Source: a virus. Taken from it: a DNA stretch of 31,490 nucleotides. The stretch is taken from the IMG/VR virus record IMGVR_UViG_3300029779_000023, one strand, 5' to 3'. Positions 14,898-23,770 of the stretch are shown here, piece after piece (the first letter of the stretch is position 1; each line of letters begins with the position of its first letter). A program made the translations under genes and the position numbers. A model generated the notes under the pieces. It saw nothing but the letters and a program-made list of their open reading frames with translations. It ran no database searches and had not been told where the DNA came from.

Positions 14898-15464
14898 TTA
14901 GCCCGCCGAATCAGTATTGTTCGGCTCTCTCACCGTAGTAAACCAAGCCGCCGCAACGCTCTCGGTCGGCAATGCGACGTGTTCAGCCTTCCACAAGCCG
15001 TCAGAACGCTTGATGAACTGCCCGACGATCTCCGGCGTAGTAAATTCGATACTGTCGCCTTTCGTCTGGTAGTTTTCGGAAGGGATCGCGAACTTCACCT
15101 TGTAAAGCCAAATGTACTTATAGCTTCCGCCCGCTTTCTTCGCGCGGAAGCCGATTGCGAAATAAGGCGGTTCGTCCGTATCCGAACCGTAAACCACCAT
15201 ATCGTCGTCCTGCTGTTGCCCAAGCAGGGCGGCAAGGTCAGCCGGAAGAAGGTCATTGACGTTCAGCGTCAATTCTCCCGAAACAAATTCCTTTACAACC
15301 TCGTCGGCTCCGTCGTCCGCGTAAAGGATCGCTTCGGCAACCTCCACGGAAAGCTCCGCCGAAATTGCCTTCGCCATTTTTACGGGCGTGCCGTATTCCT
15401 CCACGCCGCCGTCGCCGATCGTGATAGGCGCGCGGTAAAGGTCGCGCAATCCGATTGTAGCCAT
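14898..15464 (-). CDS. Major tail protein (phi13/TP901-like family)
   Basis: RBS GGAGGT, 188 aa, position before the chaperone pair. The N-terminus MATIGLRDLYRAPI is typical of the family. Confidence 0.75.
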   Translation of the reverse strand: MATIGLRDLYRAPITIGDGGVEEYGTPVKMAKAISAELSVEVAEAILYADDGADEVVKEFVSGELTLNVNDLLPADLAALLGQQQDDDMVVYGSDTDEPPYFAIGFRAKKAGGSYKYIWLYKVKFAIPSENYQTKGDSIEFTTPEIVGQFIKRSDGLWKAEHVALPTESVAAAWFTTVREPNNTDSAG

Positions 15465-15469
15465 ATTCG

Positions 15470-15802
15470 TTATACCTCCATATACTTGAATTCCACGGGA
15501 ACGTGATAATAGCCCGTGTTTTCCTCGAACACTTCCGGATCAAACGTGATCCCGTAGAACCCCGCTTCCTTCAATGCCCGTTTTGCGCTCCGCATAAGGG
15601 CGATATAATCCACACGGGAATAAATATCCGCCCTGTACGTGAATTCCTCCGCGCCGCTTTCATCGTCCGAAAAATGGGTATCCAGCCCCACAACAATCTG
15701 ATACGTGATAAAGGTTTCTGCCTTTCCGGTGTAAATCAGCCGTTCGACGGGATAGCCCAGCTTTTCAAGCGTCGTTTTTACAAGTGTATCAACGTCCGTC
15801 AT
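15470..15802 (-). CDS. Tail completion / tail terminator-like protein (110 aa)
   Basis: ATG 15802 with RBS GGGAGG. Assigned by synteny between the gp10-like and major tail genes. Confidence 0.45.
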   Translation of the reverse strand: MTDVDTLVKTTLEKLGYPVERLIYTGKAETFITYQIVVGLDTHFSDDESGAEEFTYRADIYSRVDYIALMRSAKRALKEAGFYGITFDPEVFEENTGYYHVPVEFKYMEV

Positions 15803-16205
15803 TTTGCTTCGCCTCCCATACGCGGCGCATTTCATCGTTTACAGCGTCCGCCGCCTTCGTATTCGCCGCCGTGAACCACGGGCGCGCTGGCATATTCTTT
15901 CGTCCGTATTGCAGGACGAAGCCTTTTGTCGCGTTCCGTACCCCGTGCCTGTCTTTCCCGTCCGGATATACTTCAACCATCTTCCCGTTGTCCCGCTCCT
16001 TGATTTTGGAAACAACGATCGACGCGGCAAGATCGCCTGTGCTTCGGCGGCTCCGGAACATTGTTCGGATTTCCGCCCGCTGTGCTTCCTGCATTACCGC
16101 GCCGCCAGCTTTCAGCATTTCCGGTACTGCCTCTTCCGCGATTTTCGCGCGTTGAAGCATTTGTTCTTGTAGGTCGTCAAGCCCCACAACGTTAAACCGT
16201 GCCAT
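15789..16205 (-). CDS. HK97 gp10-family head-tail joining protein
   Basis: 138 aa. The motif YGRKNMPARPWF is typical of the gp10 family, and synteny agrees. Confidence 0.65.
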   Translation of the reverse strand: MARFNVVGLDDLQEQMLQRAKIAEEAVPEMLKAGGAVMQEAQRAEIRTMFRSRRSTGDLAASIVVSKIKERDNGKMVEVYPDGKDRHGVRNATKGFVLQYGRKNMPARPWFTAANTKAADAVNDEMRRVWEAKQNDGR

Positions 16206-16578
16206 TTCCGCCGCCTCCTTCCGTCGTGCCTCCCGCCGCGTTTGCGGCGCTCTGCGCTTCGGGGAAGCTGGAAAGCGTCAATTCCACAAGCTCTCCGTCG
16301 TCGTGAATGTACGTCCGAAGAATGCGATAGCGTTTCCCGCTCGAAACGGGATATTCCGCGATCGTTTCCCCGCTATATTCCATTGCGTAAACGTCGAACT
16401 TGATTTCGGCGGCGTGTCCCGCCATTTCCGCTTTGTAGAACTCCGAATACCCTACGGATTTTTTATCAGCGAAAACCGTTGTCGCCGTTTCCGGCTTCCT
16501 TGTAGGGAAGCCGTGTTCGTTTGTCCGCTCCGAAGGTTCGGAAAGCGCGATCAGCGTTATTTGATCTCTCCAGCCCAT
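16192..16578 (-). CDS. Head closure / head-tail adaptor protein
   Basis: 128 aa. Assigned from synteny and a family-like N-terminus (RDQITLI...). Confidence 0.6.
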   Translation of the reverse strand: MGWRDQITLIALSEPSERTNEHGFPTRKPETATTVFADKKSVGYSEFYKAEMAGHAAEIKFDVYAMEYSGETIAEYPVSSGKRYRILRTYIHDDGELVELTLSSFPEAQSAANAAGGTTEGGGGNGTV

Positions 16579-16877
16579 TATCCGCCACCGCCTTCCGTGT
16601 ATTCGTCAGACAGCGACAAGGCGCATTTCAAGTAATCGTATGCTTTCCTGTGCCTTTCGCCTTCGCCGCCGAAGTTATCTTCGGATTTCGCGTACAGAAT
16701 GATTGCGCGGTCTAAAAGGGGATCGCCCAGCGTTTCGCTGGACGATCCCGCATTTTCCGGAACGTTGATACCGACAAGCCGAAGATCAGCGATACCGGAA
16801 GTAATGTAATCTTCGATTTCGTCGTCAAATACGGCGGCTGTTTTTCGCAAAGCCAGCTTTACCTTGTCAAGCATCAT
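16578..16877 (-). CDS. Head-tail connector protein (gp6-like)
   Basis: 99 aa, RBS GGAGGG, immediately after the capsid gene. Confidence 0.6.
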   Translation of the reverse strand: MMLDKVKLALRKTAAVFDDEIEDYITSGIADLRLVGINVPENAGSSSETLGDPLLDRAIILYAKSEDNFGGEGERHRKAYDYLKCALSLSDEYTEGGGG

Positions 16878-16891
16878 CGTTCAACCCTCCA

Positions 16892-18049
16892 TTACGCGCC
16901 CGCCTTTACCAGCTTCACGAAGGCTTCGCCGATTGCGGGCTGGCAATCAAAGATCGCAATACCGCTGTATTTGTAGCTGTTCGTGTCGATGTCATAGGCG
17001 TTCTTGACGTTGATACTTTCCGCAAGGTTCGCGCAAACCTTCTTGAAGTCGCCCAAGAAGGCTTCGTGTTCCTTCACGTAATCGGACAGAAGAACCGGAT
17101 AGCCGTAAACAAAGTAGCTGTTGCCCTGCACGGTTACAATATGGTTCTTGCTGGTATCCTGCAACGGCATAAAATCGGTGAACAAGGTTCGCTTGCTCAT
17201 AACGAATTTTGCGTTGCGGTCGTATCCGGCGTTCAGAAGCCCGATCAGCGTCTGGACATTCGCGGCGGTAAGGGAAGCAGAAGCGCCCACGGAAACGCTG
17301 TTCGTTGCGCCCCAAGTGTTCGCCTTGTCAATGCCCTTCGGCTGGGAAGTGCCGGTTCCGTTGATGAAGAAATCTTCAACCTTGCGGGCGATCGCCTCTG
17401 CAAGCATATCAACGATCCAGCTTTCAAACGCCGCAATGCTCATTGTCATAACGGTATCGGAAATCTGAACCAGCTTCACGATCTCGTACCCGCTCAAGGT
17501 TACGGTGGTAAGGGTATCGGCGGCGGGAGTGATTGCGGCGTTCTCGGTGTGAATAGCCGCATCGTTGTTCGTGCCTTCCACAACGAACTTCACCGCGCCT
17601 TTAACGTGAAGAAGGGTAACTTCATTCAGCATCGGCGCAAGTTTCTTTACCTTGCTGATAATCTCGTTCGCGGTCTGCGTCGGCACAACCTCCGCGCCCG
17701 TGCCGCTGGCGTTCGCATAGGCGCGCTTCTCCGCGTCGGTAAGGGGAAGGCGGCGAAGGTTTTTCAGCCACGCGGAACGATATTCGGGCGTGCCGTAAGG
17801 ATCTTCCGGATCGGCGTTACCCTCTTCCTTCTTCCCGAAAGAACGGATAGAAACGCCACCGCCCTTCGCGATATTATCCAGAATGCCGTTGCGCTTCTCG
17901 GCGGCGGCAATCAGTCCGGCGCGCTCTTCGGTAAGCTCCTTCGTTTCATTCTCCAGCGCGTCGATTTCCTCGGCTTTCATAGCGTCGCCGCGCTCTTCGA
18001 TCTCCTGCTTGATAGCCGCAAGGCGGGCTTCAATCTCTTTAATTCTCAT
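16892..18049 (-). CDS. Major capsid protein, HK97 family (385 aa)
   Basis: N-terminal coiled-coil delta domain (MRIKEIEARLAAIKQEIE...). It follows the prohead protease. RBS GGAGGT. Confidence 0.9.
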   Translation of the reverse strand: MRIKEIEARLAAIKQEIEERGDAMKAEEIDALENETKELTEERAGLIAAAEKRNGILDNIAKGGGVSIRSFGKKEEGNADPEDPYGTPEYRSAWLKNLRRLPLTDAEKRAYANASGTGAEVVPTQTANEIISKVKKLAPMLNEVTLLHVKGAVKFVVEGTNNDAAIHTENAAITPAADTLTTVTLSGYEIVKLVQISDTVMTMSIAAFESWIVDMLAEAIARKVEDFFINGTGTSQPKGIDKANTWGATNSVSVGASASLTAANVQTLIGLLNAGYDRNAKFVMSKRTLFTDFMPLQDTSKNHIVTVQGNSYFVYGYPVLLSDYVKEHEAFLGDFKKVCANLAESINVKNAYDIDTNSYKYSGIAIFDCQPAIGEAFVKLVKAGA

Positions 18050-18053
18050 TGTG

Positions 18054-18674
18054 TTAAACCTCCATCATAAGTTTGATTTTAAGAATTTGCTTCCGGCGCT
18101 CCAGCCGCTCCTGCTGTTCTCTTTCGATCACTCCGTCGAAATAGGAACGCGCCGAAATATCGGTATCGGCGTTCGCCGGATAAGATACCGCCGAAACGTC
18201 GTAAACCTTCTTGATCTTCAAGATCGTTCTTGTGTGCGTGTCTTTGTTGTATGCGTCCTCCGATACGGTGAACGCCCACGACATTTTGCAAATAAGCCCC
18301 GCGTCGATACTCGCGTAAAGGCGTTTTGCCTCTTCGGTAAGGCTCAAATTTGCGGCAATAAATAAGCCGCCGTCCTGCGGTTCCAGAAGCAGGGAAGGCG
18401 GCTTGTTCTTTGCCATCTTGTTTCGGGCGAATACCATTCCGGAATGATCGAACTGCATAATCACGTCGGACAGGTCAGCGCCTACAAGCGCGTTCCGGTC
18501 GATCATTTCGCAATACTTGATCCCGCCGTATTCGTACATAACATACGGCTTATTGAACGTTGTTGCGAAGCCTTCGACGTAATAATCGGTGTCAAACCTC
18601 TTCTCCGTTGTCCCCTGCGGGATCATCAGCGGCTGGAACATTTGACGGTATTCCCGTTCCTTCACTACTGGCAT
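18054..18674 (-). CDS. Prohead serine protease, HK97 family
   Basis: 206 aa, strong RBS AGGAGG before ATG 18674. It overlaps the portal 3' end by 83 nt. Confidence 0.8.
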   Translation of the reverse strand: MPVVKEREYRQMFQPLMIPQGTTEKRFDTDYYVEGFATTFNKPYVMYEYGGIKYCEMIDRNALVGADLSDVIMQFDHSGMVFARNKMAKNKPPSLLLEPQDGGLFIAANLSLTEEAKRLYASIDAGLICKMSWAFTVSEDAYNKDTHTRTILKIKKVYDVSAVSYPANADTDISARSYFDGVIEREQQERLERRKQILKIKLMMEV

Positions 18675-19827
18675 TCGGTGTAACCTCCTTTCCTAACTCT
18701 GATACTTCCGCGTATTCCTTGCGAATATAATACTTGTCCCCGCCTTCGACGTGCGACATATTCCAAATATCCATAACGCCGTTACGGTTTAACAAGCCAC
18801 GGTCAAATAATTGTGTGCTGATATTCAGCTTCGTATTATTGCTTGCGTATTGAAGCCTGTTCGCGGTAAACGTGATCGCGTTCCCGAAGGATAATTCCCG
18901 CTGTGTATAGGTCATATTCGACATAACCAGCGAAAGCTGGATCGCGAAAGGCTCGATCTTGCCTTCGTAGTAAGCGTTCCATTCATCTTCGGTATAGCTG
19001 TTCTGAATGATTTTCGCGTTCGTCCCGAAGTAGTTAAAGACATTTTCGTTGATCTGCGCCATCTGTGCGGCGTTCACGGTGAACGGCTTGCTTTCAATCG
19101 GCTTTACGTCTGCAAATTTTGCATCGTAGATCACCATTCCGGATTGATTATCCGCCGAAAGGTTATCCGCCGTGAAGCGCTTGCGCTCTTTCGTAATATC
19201 CTCCGGCTTTAGCATATTTGCAACCTTCGCCAAGAAGCGAATAGAAGCCGAATTCTTTACGCCGTTGATAATTCCTTGATTTTGCGTATGGATCAACTGC
19301 ATTGTAGGTCGAAGCGCGGCGTTGCTTTCCCCGAAGAAATCGTCGCTATACTGAAATTGCGTCAGCACCCCGACGCGCTCGAACTCGATTGCCGCCCTCT
19401 GCCCGTTTGCGAACGTGTAGCGCAAGAACGGCGCGCCCTTGTATTCGACAACCTCGCAACGCTGTGGAAGCAGGGGATAATACCCCGCGATCCCGCCGTA
19501 TTCATCTTCGATCGGAACAATGAACGCCGTGTTATTCACCGAAAGGATCGTCGCGATCCGGTAAATAAATTTTGACGTGTCCATAAACGGATTAGGGCGG
19601 AACTGCAATACTCTTTCAAGGTTCTTGTATGCCGTACCGCTGATTTCCGGTTTCAGCTTTGAACAAAAATTTGCAAACGAATGGATCGCCGCCCGCGTAA
19701 GCTCCATTTCGTAAAGGCTTTCCGGTGCGTTCGTGAAAACGGGCGAATACCCGTTAAGCATTTTGAAATATCCTTCCGCTTGAATATCCGAACGCGGTTT
19801 TCGGAAAATCGTTTCAAAAATTCCCAT
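18592..19827 (-). CDS. Portal protein, HK97 family
   Basis: 411 aa from ATG 19827 (RBS GGGGTGA). It follows the large terminase. Confidence 0.85.
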   Translation of the reverse strand: MGIFETIFRKPRSDIQAEGYFKMLNGYSPVFTNAPESLYEMELTRAAIHSFANFCSKLKPEISGTAYKNLERVLQFRPNPFMDTSKFIYRIATILSVNNTAFIVPIEDEYGGIAGYYPLLPQRCEVVEYKGAPFLRYTFANGQRAAIEFERVGVLTQFQYSDDFFGESNAALRPTMQLIHTQNQGIINGVKNSASIRFLAKVANMLKPEDITKERKRFTADNLSADNQSGMVIYDAKFADVKPIESKPFTVNAAQMAQINENVFNYFGTNAKIIQNSYTEDEWNAYYEGKIEPFAIQLSLVMSNMTYTQRELSFGNAITFTANRLQYASNNTKLNISTQLFDRGLLNRNGVMDIWNMSHVEGGDKYYIRKEYAEVSELGKEVTPNASSEGTGIPSNVPAADDPAGDNGEEV

Positions 19828-19835
19828 AGTGTTTA

Positions 19836-21488
19836 TCACCCCGCATTTTTCAGCATTTCGCCGATCTCGTTATAATACTTCTGCCGTACTGTCATAGCGT
19901 CGATCACGGAAACGAAGCCGTCGATACGCGCCCGCTGTTCGATTTTTACCGGACGGAATTTTCGCGTTTCCATATTGTGCTTTAACGCGACGTTAAGGAA
20001 ATGTGCTTTCAGAAGGTTATTATCCGCGATCTTGAAATTGCCGTCTTTGATTATGCCTTCAAATTCTCGGATAACGGGCGCAAGGTTTTCACCCTGCCAT
20101 ACGTCGTCCGTCTGGAAGCCCGCCGCCTTCAAGTCGTCAATCAGGTATTGCGCGCTGTAACGGTCATACCCGATCTTTAGGATATAAATTCCGTACTGAT
20201 CCCGAAGGGTAGAAAACCATTCGTAAACGTCCCTGTAATCGACGTGATTTTCGCCGGACAGCTTCACGATCCCTTGCTTGACGAAAATATCATACGGCAC
20301 GCCGTCCACCGCTTGCGCGGTTTCCAGCCTGTTCGCGGGCATAAAGAATTGTGTGAAGGCATACAGCACGCCGCCGCGCTCGATTATCACCGAAGCGGCG
20401 GTCAAGTCTGTTGTTTGCGATAGGTCGATACCGCCCACCGCGTAGCTGTCTTTGAAATCCTCCAGCTTTATTTTTTCTCCCGCTCGATCTACGACGACAT
20501 AATCAAGCCAAGCGACGGAAGAATTCTGCTTGATATTGCAGTATTTGCAAAGGAATTCAGCCCGCTTTGAAAGGCTCATTTCCGCAACGGCGATTTCCTC
20601 TTTGAAGAACTCCGGCGAAACGGAAACGCCCATATTCGGATTTGCTTTTTTAAGCTCTTCAAGGTCGTTCCATTTCTCCACGTCGTCGATCATATAAAGC
20701 AGGGGAAGAAGGCGGCGTTCCTTGCTTCCGCCTTTCAAAAACGCCGTAGAACGCGCCATCAATTCGTCGAAGATACCGTCGTTTTCATATCCCGCCGTGC
20801 TGATAGACAGGATCAGCGGCTGGCGGCGCGCGCCAAGCGCGGATTTCATAACTTCGTATTGCTTCAAGCCGCCGTCGCCGCGCCACGACGCTACTTCGTC
20901 GTTCACAACCAAATGCGGATTGAAGCCGTCCGATTTCTTCGCGTTGAACGCCAGCGGCTTTATCGCCGTGTTGCTTTCCTCGATGTAAATATCCGAACGG
21001 CGCTTCTTCGCAAGCTCTGAAAGCTCCGGTTCTTTTTTAATCATCTGGAAGAAGTTATCGTAAACGATGTTCGCTTGTTCCAGCTTCGGCGCAAGGCAAT
21101 AAATCTTTGCGCCGTATTCGCCGTCAAGATAAGCCATATAAGCGATCACGGCGGAAGCGAAAAGCGTTTTGCCGTTTTTCCGCCCGATCACAATGAACAC
21201 TTCGCGGAATATCCGCACGTTATCTTCGTCAACAATCCCGAAGATCAGCGATACCGCCGCTTTCTGCCATAGTTCCAATTTCAGAAGGTCGGTTCGTCCT
21301 TCGCAATGGTGGCAGAAGTTTTCGATAAAGCGAATTGCCTTGTTCGCCTTCTTTGCGTTGAAAAGAAAAAGCCCGTTTTGAAGCCCGCTAACGATGTATT
21401 CATAGATCAGCCGCACCCATTTTCCGACGACAATTTTTCCCGTCGTTATGCCGTCGTAATACTCGTAAATGTAATTTGAAAACGGCAT
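19836..21488 (-). CDS. terL: Terminase large subunit
   Basis: 550 aa from ATG 21488. Walker A-like VIGRKNGKT. Its position is upstream of the portal gene. Confidence 0.9.
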   Translation of the reverse strand: MPFSNYIYEYYDGITTGKIVVGKWVRLIYEYIVSGLQNGLFLFNAKKANKAIRFIENFCHHCEGRTDLLKLELWQKAAVSLIFGIVDEDNVRIFREVFIVIGRKNGKTLFASAVIAYMAYLDGEYGAKIYCLAPKLEQANIVYDNFFQMIKKEPELSELAKKRRSDIYIEESNTAIKPLAFNAKKSDGFNPHLVVNDEVASWRGDGGLKQYEVMKSALGARRQPLILSISTAGYENDGIFDELMARSTAFLKGGSKERRLLPLLYMIDDVEKWNDLEELKKANPNMGVSVSPEFFKEEIAVAEMSLSKRAEFLCKYCNIKQNSSVAWLDYVVVDRAGEKIKLEDFKDSYAVGGIDLSQTTDLTAASVIIERGGVLYAFTQFFMPANRLETAQAVDGVPYDIFVKQGIVKLSGENHVDYRDVYEWFSTLRDQYGIYILKIGYDRYSAQYLIDDLKAAGFQTDDVWQGENLAPVIREFEGIIKDGNFKIADNNLLKAHFLNVALKHNMETRKFRPVKIEQRARIDGFVSVIDAMTVRQKYYNEIGEMLKNAG

Positions 21489-21490
21489 TT

Positions 21491-21844
21491 TTATTCGTCC
21501 CGCAAGGCTTGCAGACGGCTTTCTTTTTTCTTTTCGGGCGGCACAAGCTCGCAAAGCTGTTTGATTATGGCGGCGTGATTTTTCGTCATAGCGATATGCG
21601 TTTTTACTGCGTCGCTCTGTTTTGTCCCGCTCTGATTTGCGCCGTTTTGGTATTCGACGGTGTAACCCTCTTCGTTAATGATTTCCTGCAACTCTTCAAG
21701 GGATACCGCCATAAATGCGGCGTTGCGGATAAGGCTTTCGACGGTCTGCAACTTGTTTTTATCCAAGTCGCGGAAAACCCGCTTTAATCGGTTTATCTCT
21801 CTCTTAATCTTTTGATCTTTCGTTAAGTCCTTCTTTGTCGCCAT
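21491..21844 (-). CDS. terS: Terminase small subunit (P27 family-like)
   Basis: 117 aa from ATG 21844 (RBS AAAGGGGTGA), between the HNH and TerL genes. Confidence 0.75.
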   Translation of the reverse strand: MATKKDLTKDQKIKREINRLKRVFRDLDKNKLQTVESLIRNAAFMAVSLEELQEIINEEGYTVEYQNGANQSGTKQSDAVKTHIAMTKNHAAIIKQLCELVPPEKKKESRLQALRDE

Positions 21845-21921
21845 AATTATCACCCCTTTTCGGCGGATACCTACACCCCTTTTTCGCGTACACCCGTTAT
21901 GCGCGCGCCTGCGGAGTAAAA

Positions 21922-22269
21922 TTAACCTCCCGCCCTCGGTGTTTCACCCTCCCTAAATCCTCGGCGAATAGGGGGGAGTATCACGTTTCCGTTTTCGTCA
22001 AACGAATATCGCTTTTTCCGCTTCGATCGATGGTGTTCTTTGTTATGGCAATCTTGACAAAGCGCTTCGAGATTATCCCACGAAAGCGCAATGTATGGAT
22101 CGTTTACGTTTTGCTCTGTCAAGTATGTTTTGTGATGTGCAATCTTTGCGGCGACGGGATCGTCCGGTGTAGAACAACGTTCGCACAAGTAGCCCTTTGA
22201 TTGCAAGAAGGCATCACGGCAAGAACGCCAAGCGTCGCTGTTGTAGAACTGTTCTGCCCACGGCTTCAT
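21922..22269 (-). CDS. HNH endonuclease (terminase-associated)
   Basis: 115 aa from ATG 22269. CERC...HHKTY...CQDCHNKEHH is an HNH / zinc-finger pattern. Confidence 0.85.
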   Translation of the reverse strand: MKPWAEQFYNSDAWRSCRDAFLQSKGYLCERCSTPDDPVAAKIAHHKTYLTEQNVNDPYIALSWDNLEALCQDCHNKEHHRSKRKKRYSFDENGNVILPPIRRGFREGETPRAGG

Positions 22270-22291
22270 ACTCGCACCTTCCTTTCCCGCG

Positions 22292-22332
22292 CATAATAAA
22301 AGCGCCCTTCCGGATTGCTCCGAAAAGGCGCT
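22292..22332 (-). terminator. Intrinsic terminator inside the late-operon leader
   Basis: The 22301-22332 hairpin has 13 pairs, two of which are G-U only on the minus-strand RNA. It is followed by TTTTATTAT and lies between the late promoter and the HNH RBS. Confidence 0.6.
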
Positions 22333-22372
22333 ATTCGTGCGCTTGCGTCTTGCGTAAGAATTCATCGTAAAC

Positions 22373-22401
22373 AGTATAGCATAGATATATTCCCCTTGCC
22401 A
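22373..22401 (-). promoter_or_regulatory. Late promoter candidate (good extended -10, poor -35)
   Basis: Minus strand reads TGGCAA (22396-22401), 17 nt, TGcTATACT (-10 at 22373-22378). Confidence 0.5.
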
Positions 22402-22406
22402 CCCCT

Positions 22407-22427
22407 CGATATTGTCGCGATATTGTC
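22407..22427 (-). repeat. Tandem 10-nt repeat at 11-nt spacing just upstream of the late -35 (candidate activator site)
   Basis: CGATATTGTC at 22407-22416 and 22418-22427 (minus strand GACAATATCG twice). Confidence 0.6.
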
Positions 22428-22429
22428 AT

Positions 22430-23044
22430 TTATTCGCCCGCCTTGCGCCTGTACGTTGCCGCACTCACCGCCGCCGCGATCCCGAATACGCATACCGCCA
22501 TATCGTTTACGATCTTGTTCCGCCATCTGCACGCGGTCTTTACGCCCTTCAAAACGCCCGCTTCTTCAAGGTCGAAGGCTAATTCCTCCCACGTGTAGGG
22601 CTTGCCGCTCTCGCGCGGCTTGCCTTCGTAATCCTCGCCGAAGTAGTACATACGAACCACCGTGAATTCCTTGCGGTCGCGGTAAAGGTTTATAGCCCTC
22701 TCCAGCCGCTCGAAGCCGTACTTCGTTTCCCGATACTGCCGCCTTTTTTCTTCCCGCATTTCCTCGACAATATCGGCTTCGGTTCTCTGCTCATAAAATC
22801 CCGTGCTTTTGCTCCCCGCCGCGAAGGTCTTTCGCCCTGCGTGATATTCCACTTCGCAATAGGCTTCTTCATTAGCGACAAGCGCCGCCAGCTTCTTGTA
22901 GTTATACAAAAGCGTTTCCATAGCCTTGAAGTAATTGACATACGCGCCCGCCGTGTCTTTGTATGCTTCATACGCACCCGCGCGGGCGGCTTCGTTGATC
23001 GCTTCGCGCAACTCTTCGGAAATGCCCGTTTTTTTCTTCGCCAT
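22430..23044 (-). CDS. Putative late-gene transcriptional activator (ArpU/RinA or sigma-70 region-4-like)
   Basis: 204 aa, immediately upstream of the packaging genes. It has the LLYNYKKL motif and a C-terminal HTH-like segment TWEELAFDLEEAGVLKGVKTACRWRNKI. Confidence 0.45.
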   Translation of the reverse strand: MAKKKTGISEELREAINEAARAGAYEAYKDTAGAYVNYFKAMETLLYNYKKLAALVANEEAYCEVEYHAGRKTFAAGSKSTGFYEQRTEADIVEEMREEKRRQYRETKYGFERLERAINLYRDRKEFTVVRMYYFGEDYEGKPRESGKPYTWEELAFDLEEAGVLKGVKTACRWRNKIVNDMAVCVFGIAAAVSAATYRRKAGE

Positions 23045-23047
23045 TTT

Positions 23048-23446
23048 TCAGCCCTCCGTTTTCCGCTGTAAGTAGTCGATAATCACGCTTGCGGCTTCCT
23101 GCCAGCCCTTGCAGATTGCCGCCGCGTAACCCTGTTCTAAAAGCCCGTCGATCCAGCGCACCTGTTCTTCGCTGATCCTCCCGCCGCGTTGCCGTTTAAG
23201 CTCGATATAAAGCCCGTGATTTCCGCCGCGTGCAACGGGAAGGCAAAGATCCGGAACGCCGGATTTCACGCCCTGCGCCCGAAGGCGTGCCGCCTCGATC
23301 TTGTTTCTGCTCCCGCCGTTCGGAACGTGATACAAAAGCGCCAATTCCGGAAAGCGCCCCGATTGAAGCGCCGCCCACTCGAAAAGCGCGATTTGTTCGT
23401 CCGCTTCCGTAGGAACAGGAAGGGAAGGCGTGTTATTTTTCCGCAT
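23048..23446 (-). CDS. VRR-NUC domain nuclease
   Basis: 132 aa from ATG 23446. EADEQIALFEW...HVPNGG...GVKSGVPDLCL...GLYIELK pattern. Confidence 0.75.
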   Translation of the reverse strand: MRKNNTPSLPVPTEADEQIALFEWAALQSGRFPELALLYHVPNGGSRNKIEAARLRAQGVKSGVPDLCLPVARGGNHGLYIELKRQRGGRISEEQVRWIDGLLEQGYAAAICKGWQEAASVIIDYLQRKTEG

Positions 23447-23753
23447 TTTGCTTCGCCTCCCAATCGTTGAAGAAGAAAAACGGCTTCTTCTGCGCCACCG
23501 CTTCGCCGAACTCATATTTTGCGCCCCTGCTTTCCGTCCAATCCGGAAGGAAGCATACTTCGGCGCATTCGTTCAGCATTGCGCCCGCCATTCGCATATA
23601 CGCTTCCCACGTGAAGCCCTCCGAAGGCAGTAACGCCGGATTGACGACAATAAAGCCGCCTTCCTCCAGCTTCTTCTGCGCTTCATAGAATTTTGAGCGG
23701 TAGAACGGATCGCCCGTAATCTTCCCCGCAAGGTAAACTGTCTTTTTCTGCAT
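23433..23753 (-). CDS. DUF4406 / nucleoside 2-deoxyribosyltransferase-like protein
   Basis: 106 aa from ATG 23753 (RBS GGGAGG). Motifs VYLAGKITGDP...VVNPA...LPDWTESRGAKYE. Confidence 0.65.
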   Translation of the reverse strand: MQKKTVYLAGKITGDPFYRSKFYEAQKKLEEGGFIVVNPALLPSEGFTWEAYMRMAGAMLNECAEVCFLPDWTESRGAKYEFGEAVAQKKPFFFFNDWEAKQNAEK

Positions 23754-23770
23754 TGTTTTTCCTCCCTTCG

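Noticed and set aside
17894-17910. 17-nt inverted match of the TR/VR segment TTGCCGCCGCCGAGAAG inside the capsid gene, considered as a possible remote DGR target.
   Set aside because: It is a GC-rich Ala/Gly codon run. It has no flanking similarity, no adenine-linked differences and no IMH-like block, and it lies in the N-terminal delta domain rather than at a C-terminus.
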